From a bacterium (GTDB lineage Bacteria; Bacillota; Clostridia; Christensenellales; UBA1242), in contig CAVBHV010000001.1 in assembly GCA_963595385.1 (NCBI GenBank), forward strand, positions 1 to 24,454: a stretch of DNA of 24,454 nt, written 5' to 3'. Made by a program: the position numbers and the translations under genes. A model generated the notes under the pieces. The model was not told the DNA's origin and made no database searches. It was given only the letters and a program-made list of their open reading frames with translations. Shown piece after piece: positions 8,506-18,800 of the stretch (within the stretch, counting starts at the first letter, position 1; each line of letters starts with the position of its first letter).

Positions 8506-9747
8506 ATGACAAAAGAGAAATTTAATGTTGATATTAACAAATTATCCAAACTAAATTTGTATCAGTTGCGTGAAGTCGGCTCTAAAATTGGCGTGCGCAA
8601 CCCAACCTCAATGAAAACCGAAGAACTTAAAAATGCAATAAAACTCGTAGTAACTGGCAAAGTTGAACCTTACGAAAAAGTTAAAAGCGGTAGGCCACAT
8701 CGCAAGGAAATAATTAGCGATAACGAATGGGACACTTTGGTAGGCTTTGACACCAGTATTGATTACAACTTTTTTAAACAACCTACCGAATTAGGTATTT
8801 TTTGCTCACCACAAAATGTACTCAATTTTGATACAACACAGCCATTTACTGGTATTGTTGTACAAATTTCAAATGAAATAGTGATTTTTAATGGCAATGT
8901 TGCAAAACTTAATCTAGCAATGCATGCAAAGATTGACAACAAAACCTTAAATAAGGACCTAGTGCGTTTTGGTGACAGTGTTACCGCCGTTGTCGAATAT
9001 GACAACTTAAATTTATGCGCAAAAGAGATAATCTCTATTAACTCACACTCTCCTACTGAACTCAATAGACAAGATTTTGACTTAATGCAACCTAAATTTT
9101 TTGGAGAAACAATAAAATTTAATCTCCCTCAACTACAATTTATCAATGAGGTTGCTCCCATTAAACTCGGTCAAAGAGCGCTTATCCTTGGTGAGATTGG
9201 TAGCGGGCAAAACTATTTGGCTAACAGTATCGCAAAAGACTTGCAAGACAAATATTCGGTCATTTACTTAGCAACCAACAAACGCCCAGAGGAGCAAATT
9301 GTTCTAAATAATGCCGAATATATATTTACGACTTTTGATATTTTACCGCAAGAATTATGGCTTTATGTTGATACTGCCTACAATCGCGCAAAAAGGTTGT
9401 GTGAGCAAGGTGAAGATGTAGTCCTCATTGTTGATGATTTGATAATGCTAATGCAAAATTTAAGAAATATTTTGAGCGAAAAAGGCGTTGATGTCGAAAA
9501 GCACTATTACAACATCTTGCAACAATGCAAAAAGTTGTTTGCGTTGAGTAAAAATACCACTAATGGCAGTATAACTGTGATTTGCACAATTTCAAAATGT
9601 AGTATTACTAAATTTAATGAATTTGTAGATGATTTAAACGAATTATGCAACTGTCATATTGCACTTGTGCGCGAAGATTTTATCAAAGGCAAAGTTGAAT
9701 TTTTTGATAAAAATCTAACTTATACTGAAATGGTAAGAGAAGTTTAA
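8506..9747 (+). CDS. Divergent transcription termination factor Rho homolog (413 aa), probably ATPase-inactive
   Basis: Rho N-terminal helical motif LYQLREVGSKIGVRNPTSMKTEELKNAI; OB-fold remnant LVRFGDSVTA. ATPase-domain motifs collinear with Rho: APIKLGQRALI (Rho APIGxGQRGLI), KRPEE (ERPEE), TTFD (STFD), RAKRLCEQGEDVVLIVD (KAKRLVExxxDVxILLD), KKLF...NGSITVICT (KRFF...GGSLTIIAT). Catalytic residues are substituted, so no rho symbol is given. Confidence 0.85.
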   Translation: MTKEKFNVDINKLSKLNLYQLREVGSKIGVRNPTSMKTEELKNAIKLVVTGKVEPYEKVKSGRPHRKEIISDNEWDTLVGFDTSIDYNFFKQPTELGIFCSPQNVLNFDTTQPFTGIVVQISNEIVIFNGNVAKLNLAMHAKIDNKTLNKDLVRFGDSVTAVVEYDNLNLCAKEIISINSHSPTELNRQDFDLMQPKFFGETIKFNLPQLQFINEVAPIKLGQRALILGEIGSGQNYLANSIAKDLQDKYSVIYLATNKRPEEQIVLNNAEYIFTTFDILPQELWLYVDTAYNRAKRLCEQGEDVVLIVDDLIMLMQNLRNILSEKGVDVEKHYYNILQQCKKLFALSKNTTNGSITVICTISKCSITKFNEFVDDLNELCNCHIALVREDFIKGKVEFFDKNLTYTEMVREV

Positions 9748-9752
9748 CTTCA

Positions 9753-9780
9753 TTGACTATGCTCCAAATAAAAATATAAT
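9753..9780 (+). promoter_or_regulatory. Near-consensus sigma-A promoter pointing into the terminator and antisense to the lipoprotein gene
   Basis: TTGACT (9753-9758), 16 nt, TATAAT (9775-9780). Confidence 0.45.
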
Positions 9781-9782
9781 AC

Positions 9783-9819
9783 AAAAAAGGATACTTAGAT
9801 AAATTAAGTATCCTTTTTT
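9783..9819. terminator. Bidirectional intrinsic terminator between convergent genes
   Basis: Perfect 15-bp inverted repeat AAAAAAGGATACTTA (9783-9797) / 7-nt loop / TAAGTATCCTTTTTT (9805-9819). It gives a U6 tract on both strands and lies between the stops at 9747 (+) and 9827 (-). Confidence 0.9.
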
Positions 9820-9826
9820 ATTGCGC

Positions 9827-12800
9827 TTAATAACTGTAATTAAATATGCTTTCTGCACTCAAATTACTAGCATTTGTTTCTTGTTTGTCTAACGGAGTCA
9901 CTCTATTTAGATATGGCAAATATTCATTTTGATTTGCAACACCTAGGTTTCTAGTCCAACCAGATGTAATCCATTCAGCATAGAAGTCGCTACCCAAAGC
10001 CGTTGTCCTCATTTGAGTAATAGGTACTATCCTACACAAGTCATTTGCTAATTGTCTATTACCTACTTCGCCATCTTGAATACCCAACCAAACACTCACA
10101 ATACTTGTATTGTCATATGCACCAGTGATTGTATTTCCAGTCATACCAATATTTTGATAATTGCCTGCGCCAATATTGCTTGTATCGTTTGCGCTTGGAG
10201 TGTAGATATATGCATAAGTTCTATAAGTATTAAATTTAATCGCATTACCTATGAACGCGCCGACTTTTGAACCTTTGCTAGTTACTTGAATACGACTACC
10301 ATATACATAACAATTTTCAATACTTCTACCCATAGCAATTTCTGCATTTGCAAGTCCTACAAGTCCACCTACACTCGTTTCTGCATAAGCCTTTGTTGTA
10401 TCTTGCTTTACTATTAAGTTTCCGTTTGCAAAACTGTTGCGAATATATGCAGTACTTTCTGTTGAAGCAGAAGCACTCTTACCTAACAATCCTACAAGTC
10501 CGCCGATATAACCATCTTTTACATTAAAATCAATATCAGCCCAACTGTTTTGAATTGCACCCATATTTTGTGCCACAAGTCCACCAATCTTACTGTTTGG
10601 CAAACTTGCAAGCGATATTTCATTAGTAGCAGTTACCGCACAGTTTGAAATTGTACCTCTATTTTCACTTGCTAAGCCACCAAAGTTGATGATTAAGCCA
10701 GTGTCAATACCAAATTGATTTATTACAATTCCTAGCCCTTTAATTTCAGTTTGCTCAGAAATAGTCCTAAATAGTCCAATATTTACAGTCCCACCAGTTG
10801 ATGTAGGCGTAATGTATTTATCAATAACAACTACTTTTCCATTACCGCTAAGAGTTTTTGCATAAATAGTAGATTTTGCAGTGGTTTCCAAAATTTTACT
10901 AGATATTATGCTATCGCGTACAAGTACAAAATGCTTACCTGTTGCGTTTGAGAGCGTAACTCTCAAAATTTCTGTCCCTTCGCGTAATTGATAAGGATTA
11001 TCAACATTACCATTACCTGTATTCATCGAAATATTTGTAATACTCAGGTATGGATAGCCATAGTTTATAGTATTATTACCATACGACCAAATACTATTAA
11101 ATAAGTTTGCAGAATTTTTTGCGATTGCATTAAACCTTGATGCAGTCAGTAATTCTTGCGTAGTTAGAGCAAAATTGTAATTGTTATTTACATCATTTAC
11201 ACTCAAATTTCCACTCAAATCACTATTTACAACCACACCATTTGCGATACCTTCAAATGTACCAAACGCAAGCCCAACTTGATTGTAATTGCTAACAGTA
11301 AACACCATTACATTACCATTTGCAAGGATTGCATCAAACCTACTATTACTTACCTTACCCGCAACGCCACCAACATTTGTGGTATTGTTTGCTTTGCTTA
11401 CAAGTACCCTATTTTGAGCAATAGAGTTGTTTATCCAAGCATTTTCAGCGTATCCAACTAGCCCACCGATATTGATAGCACCAGTAGAAAGGTTTTCCAC
11501 ACTCAAATCAACGATTGCTACGCTAGCGGTAATATTTCCATTATTGATACCAGCAATTGCACCGATATTTGAATTGCTTGCCCCTGTGAGTTCAAGTGCG
11601 AAGATTGAATTTGATTTTTCAGTCAAACCAGCAAAGTTATCTGCGTAAGTTTCTCTCAATTTAGTGAAACTTGAAGCATAATTTATGCTAGGTGTGTATT
11701 CATCCAAACTACCGACCACACAATTAAATATTGCACCGTTATTTACGCCCGCAATTCCACCAAAATTGATGTCTGTGCTTGTGCGAATACTTGTTTGATT
11801 GATAGCAAGTGTAATACTTGACACTACAACATTTTGAGGAATTGTACCAAACAAACCAATATTTTGAGAAGTGCTACCAGTAAAATTAGATGAATTTACT
11901 TCAATTTTCACTCCATTACCTACAATTTTACGAACATTGCTTATTTCGAGTTTTGGTAATTCCGCAATATTGATTGTAGTAGCATCAAATATAACCATTT
12001 TGTTTGGTTTTTCCGTATCATCAATTAGTCCTAGCAACATTTCTAAGTTACTAACCACATAAGGAGTCACCATACCACCACGAGTAGTATCAATATTATC
12101 TCTTACTGCAAGTGGGTATAGTATAGAAGATTGAATTTCATCGCCATTTTCGTTTTGCGCAACTGCATAAGTCCATTTATCATTGCTTAGAGTTTGTGTA
12201 CCATTGACCTTGAAATTATCAATATCTAGCATCTGCATAGCGGTTAAGTTTGTTGCGTAATTGTCTAGTAAGCCACACAAATCTCCACTATAATATGTGT
12301 TGATAATTCGCCCATTATCGTTTTGTTGTACACCACAAACTGCCCCGATTGCAGAAATATTTGCATTTGCACTGAGTGAAGTTTGTACCGATGAAACCGC
12401 AATCGAATAACTAATATCTTTGTTGGTTGCACCCGCAATTCCGCCCGCATAAATTGATATTGCGTGGCTAGCCTCAAAGCGAATCGCGCCATTTGACAAC
12501 ACATCGTTTATACTTATTTGAGTATCACCTACGATACCACCAAAGTAGTTGTAACTACCAGCAGTCTGATTGTTTTTGCCGTAAATCTCACCAACGAAAG
12601 CACTTTCTGCAATTCTCAAAATAGTATTTGGCTTATCTAACTCAGTATAGCCTTCGCTGTTTGACAAACGACCCTGAATTGCTCTACCGATAATTCCACC
12701 TATATACATTCTACTGCTTGCACTCTCAACATTTAACTTGCTGTCACTAAACAAACCGTAGTAGATATTTCTTGCCTGTCCACTAGGCACAACCTTTGAA

Positions 12801-15800
12801 TTTGCCAAAATCAAATCGTTTTCACTCAACCCAAAGATTCCACCGAGATAAATTGCGCTATTTGTGGTTGAATTTAGGTCAAAATTGCTGTGTGAAGTCA
12901 AGTATTCGGCAGTAAATCCGCTAAATTGCATCGAAATGCCTGAACCAGAAAATTCTTGCTCATTGACTAAGTTTCCAGCAATACCACCAGCAAATATGTT
13001 ACCCTTGTTTGCGTTTGCGGTAAAGTTAACTTTTGATGTAAGGCTAGAAAGGTTAGAATTATGCAACTTCCCTGCAATACCACCTAAGTTTACCATAGAA
13101 TTATCTTGACCTGTTGTTCTTGTCAAATTAACTTCGCCACTGGCGACTAGATTTTGTATTCTTGCTGTTCCGTTTGCGTTACCAACAATACCTGCTAAAT
13201 TAATTTCGTTACTATTGTTATTTGCAGTTACTTCCATAGAAATTTGCATATTATCTTGTGTGTCAAGCACTACGCCACGCACATTTAGTATGCCGTTTGT
13301 CTCACCAGCAAGTCCACCAAATGACAATGTGTAGTTGTTGTTTGATTTATAAACAATACTCAACTTGCCTGCGTTTGTGCAATTTATGGTATTTGTCACC
13401 TTACCTTGACCAAACATAGCACCGATATTTACAGCACTACCGCTTGCGTAATTTTCAACTGTTTCAATCACCGCATCAACTTGTACATTCACAAAATTAT
13501 TTGATTGACTAACACCTGAAATTACAGCAATATTTTCAAGATTGTTAACTTTTAGAATATTGTCATTTATCAATTTAACCGAGATGTTTTCAAAATAAGT
13601 ACTGCTACTTTCTTGCGCAAGTAAACCGAAATTTGAAATTGTATTTTTAGTCAAACTTAAACCATTTTCACTCAAATCAGGTGTAAAATCAAACTCAAAA
13701 TTGATATTTAATACCCTAAATTTTTGAGTATAGCCAAATAGCGAATCAAACGCCTTTGCTTGTTCTTCGGTGAAATCTCTAAATATTACAGTCGCAGTCT
13801 TTGTGGTTGTCTGCCCCTCAATTTCGTATGGCACAGCACCTTCTAGCCTGCCTGTGACTGCCTCATCCATTGAAGTAGCGATGGTGTATTTTGAACTTAC
13901 TGTATCAACTACATAATTTACCCAATCTGCACCAGTAATAATCAAGTTATCTTTAATAATTTTACCATAACTGTTTGTGTTTGTATTGCTCAAAAATTCC
14001 AAAAATTCTTGCGCTGTTTCAATATTCGTTACAGTTGCAGAATATGAAGAATTTAAAATTGCAAATCTATGACTTGTCTTTGTCTTGTCGATATTCCAAA
14101 CTGTTTCATTAAAGCCATCAAAAGTTTTGTCTTCTACATCAGTTGCAACACTCAAAAAGTCAGTATTTAATGCAGTGTGGTTAGGATTTGACACATTACC
14201 GATAGTAGGAATAGTCTTTCCATTTACACTTGCAACTAATTTTGATTTTAGACTTGCAGTACCTAGACTAAATTCTCCACTTACCTCCAAAGCACTAACG
14301 ATAGGCACAACGCCTTCATTCGTTTCACTTACTTTGAAACCTAAGTAACCAGTGAGTCCGCCCACATAGTAGTCTATGTTGTTGAGTTTATCGGTAAATG
14401 TCTTGTCTTGTGCATCAAAATTGTTAATTCCAGCAACCAGCGCCTCAGTTGAATTTGCAAATAATGGAGCGCCCATTACTGCACCAACTACGCCACCGAT
14501 AACTTTTTTACCATTCACCCCACCAGTTGTATATACCTCTTTTAGAGTTGCACTAAACGAGAACGCACCACGAACCTTAATTTTTGAATTTTCAAGCGTG
14601 TAACTTGCGCCGACCGTATTAAATACATTGTCAATATTTGATAGGCTACGCAAATAATTAAGCGTTGCATCATTGTCGCTTGGCGCATAACTTGTAGGAG
14701 CATTTATAGCCATACCGACAATACCACCTGCAATGTACGCATTAGTTGCATACACCTCTGCACGCGAATAACTTTCTGCAATCCAACCACCAGCATTTAG
14801 ACCTACCAAACCACCAACAGCAGTTGCAGAGTCGTTTGATGCAAACAATCTCGTGTAGCCTATGTAGTCGCGCGCGCGGTCAGTAGTAGAAATTTGTTCA
14901 TCAAGGCTAATTTGCTTGCTAATTTCCATACCAACGCGTGACTGCATCACTCTACCACGATTTTCACCAACTAGTCCGCCAGCAAAGTTGCTACCATTGA
15001 TATTTGGAGCATTTTCATCTTCTGTATCAATCACAAATTCAAGTTGTTTTGCCTCTGATTTTTGGTCAATTACACCGATTACACCACCCGCAATTTCTGC
15101 AAAAATATTTGCATTTCCGCGAGTGCGCAAGTTTTGTACACGAGGGTTTTCGGCAGAATTATCCTCTTCATTCAAGTCAAGCACGCCGATTATACCACCT
15201 GCATAAGAGAAGTCGGATTCACTCACATTTAAGGCATTTCTATAATAATAACTATAATTTCCACTTGCACTAGTTGCGTTAATCGCGTTTACCGAAATTG
15301 TACTTTCAATATTTCTAATTTCGCTATCGCCCAACACAAGTCCAGCAAGCGCACCCGCCATATTCAAGCCCGTGATACTACTATTTTGCGTTTCGCCAGA
15401 AATTGTGATATTTTCAGCATAAACATCTCTTAGTGTTCCTGCAAGACTACCTATATGCCTAGCACGAATAGAAATTTCACTTGCGATAGTCAAGTTTAAG
15501 TTTGTCACTATCGCATTTTCAAGAGTATTGAATAAACCAAAGTCTTTTTGAGTTGCTGTTACACTGCTTGATTGTCTATAAGACAAACCAGAAAGCGTGT
15601 AGCCGTTACCATTAAGTTGCCCCTTGAAAATTGTATTGTAACTCGTTGTGTGCATAGAGTTGTTGAAACTAATATCGCTTGCAATGTTTACAGAATAATT
15701 CCCAAACACATACTTTGCGCCACCAGAAGAAACTGTGCTATTCGCTTCCATAAATGCTGAACGGAAATTTCCGCTAGTGTCTGAGTAATTAAATACATTT

Positions 15801-18800
15801 TCCCAGTCGGTTAAACTTGCAATTAATATAGGGTTTGTTTCGCTACCTAGTTCGCAAGTTTTGTCATAACTATAATCATCGGTACGGAACGAGTAGTAAA
15901 CTTTATCAGCCAAACGGAGTTGAGGTCCTAAATAAGTCTTTTCAGTATCTATGTACCAAGTACTTGCTTCATTGTCCGCAATCGCAAAGCCGTCAAACGC
16001 AACACCTTGAGCATTACTCCATTCAAGTGAAGATATTGCTGTTGCTGGTTCTTTTGCATCTACTAAGTCATTATTTAACGCCAAATAATAGCATTTTTCA
16101 ATAGTAGCATTTTCACCATTCAAGACATTGCCCTCTTGGTCAACACCCACAAACACACCATTAATCAAGCCCGTACTATTGATTTTACTCATTGAATAAC
16201 AATACTCAATATTCCCTCTTGCTGTGTTTTGATATACAAAACCACCCATAGCATTTGAGCTAGACAAAGGCATATTTGCATAACTATTTTTGATACTTCC
16301 CGCGTTTGAGTGTACAAGTCCACCGATTGTACCGTACGCTTTTACACCACCCAAAATTGCTTGCGCGGAGTCACTTGCTTGACCTTTTGCAAAACTACTT
16401 TCAATCCTACCATTTGCGGTTTGGTCCGCAACTAAGCCACCAGTTTTTGCACCGTTTGCGTTTGTTGCACTAAAAATTGACATACTGTAATTTACGATAG
16501 TACCATTAGCGAAGTAACTATTAGCAATTACACCATTATTTTGTCCAACAAGTCCACCTATATTACCAGAAGCAAAGAGGTTTATACCTTGCAATGGGTA
16601 ATGTCTATCAATTCTATTTGAACCTAAAATATTACTATCAATTCTACCTACTCTACAATTTGTGATATAACCGTTATTTTGCCCAACAAGTCCACCTATG
16701 CATGTAGTTACGGTTGTATTTGTAGTCGATTTATCAGTCAAGATAAATGTTGAAGCCAAGGTGTTTGAGTTTGCATAATCTCCCGTACCTTGCAACATTT
16801 GATTAAATACATTACTTGCAAAAGCGTAGTTTGAATTATTGCTTACTTTTCTAGCAGAATTATTGTAAATTGTAGTCCAGTTTTCTTTTGATTGACTCAC
16901 AACAATATCGCAGTTGTAAATTATACCACCGTCATTTACACCCGCAATAAATCCAAAGTTAACATTACTTGTATTTTGCAAATCTACAAAAATACTGTAC
17001 GATACATCAATAATCAAGTTTTTCAAAACTGTACCGCTAGGCAATGTATCAAAGAGTCCATAATTTGCTGTATCTGTGTTTGTATTGTCCGCAAAACTAC
17101 GAATGTAGATAATGTGTCCGTTACCATCAAGCGACTTGATAGCGGTTTTCATTGGAGTCCAGTTATCAAGCACAATGTCAGTAGTAAGCATATAACTTAC
17201 GCCCTCGCCGTTTTGCTCCATTGAACGGAATTTTTCAACAGAATCAATCAAGTCTGGCGTGTCATCAGTTGTATTATTGATAACATTAATGATAAATTGT
17301 TGCTCAAATACATTTTGATATGTTGCAAGTATATTTGCGCTATCTAAACTGTCTAATTCACTTTCAATCACAAATTTATAACAATTTGTAGTTGTATCGT
17401 AAACATAATAGCCTTTGAAATATAACTTAAAGTTGATATTTTGAGTGATTGTCTTACCTTTTATTATATAGTAAGAATTATTGTCATTCATAGTTGTGTA
17501 ACTAATAATAAAGTCTGGATATGAGTATGCCGATTGCACTACGCTATAACCGCTACCATTATTGTACCACCAAACACCACCCAAACCATCGCCTTGCTCA
17601 TTAATCACTTTTAATTTTTGCGTAGCGTTTGCAATAATGTTTTCTAACTCAGTATTAAAACTCAATACATCTGCATCAGTTGCCCCGATATAAGTATCAA
17701 AATCAGTTAAAAGCGGTGCTTGCAAATTCCATTTTGCTTCCAAAGTCTTGTATGTACGAATACTTGCGTTTAAAATACCAGTTTCAGCATCGTTTGTATA
17801 TATACTTTGTACATTATAATCAACTATATAGATTGTGTATTCCAAAATCAATGGATTGAGCGAGCCACCAGTCGGCGTTGTGGAATCAATTTGTATGGTT
17901 ATGGTAATCTTTGAGTTGTTTGGAGTTGCTAAAATTCCCACATAGAAAGGAATAATCAAGTCAACATTTTCTTTTGCATTTTGACCAAATTGCTTTCTTA
18001 TATCACCAAAAGCACAAAGTTGCAACTTACTCAAATCTGCACTCATTCCATAATCTGCTCTCAACACACTGATTGTACTATTTAACAGTGTACCTTGCAA
18101 ACGGAAGTTTGCTATCGTTCCACGCGCTATTGTGTCGCCGTTTGAATTGTCCAAAGTAAGGCTAGCAAAAGGAGCGAAGGTAGAAATTAGATTGTACGAA
18201 GTTGGAGGAAAAATATAAGTACTCTCGTTATTTTTCATTGGTACAATACTGATATAGAATTGTACACCCTCCAACAAGCCCTCACTAACCAAAGTTGTTA
18301 AGTAAATCGTGCCATCAAAATATGCATTACCTAGGCTATCGTAACCTGTTAATTTTTGAACAATCAAATTGCCCGCAGAATTGTATTGCGCCTCTATATA
18401 CTTAAATACACCATTTCTTTGCACCATTTGCAACAATTCTACTTTTTCGTTAGTTGCAGTATCTACTGTACTTGATGCAATGATATAGTCAAAAAATGCA
18501 TAGTTTGGTGTAATATCTACTTTTAGCAAGCCTTTTGTCCCTGGCGAAATTAGGTTACTCGAAACCTCACCATTGAGCATTGATTGCGTACCATAAGTGT
18601 AGTGCGAAATATCAATTCGCGTAATAGGTGCAGGCGTTACCGTCAAGTTGAACACAAACTTGCCATAAAGCGTGCCATTTTCATCAAGTACACTAAACTC
18701 AATTTTGTATGTCACATTTTCGGTAATTGCTCTATCATTTTCTCTAAGTTGCAAAATATATCTATTTGTAATCAACTCATTTTCAATATTTTCACTAGCA

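Noticed and set aside
160..9065. Short ORFs (63-104 aa) overlapping the two + strand genes
   Set aside because: They are antisense or out-of-frame shadows of long ORFs with no recognisable motifs.
8506..9747. Calling this gene canonical rho, a pseudogene, or an F1/flagellar ATPase subunit
   Set aside because: Substituted catalytic residues argue against canonical rho. The intact frame and expression signals argue against a pseudogene. The Rho_N domain and the RAKRL/TFD motifs are Rho-specific.
14868..14878. CGCGCGCG alternating run
   Set aside because: Short, and explained by the codons for D-R-A-R in the lipoprotein.
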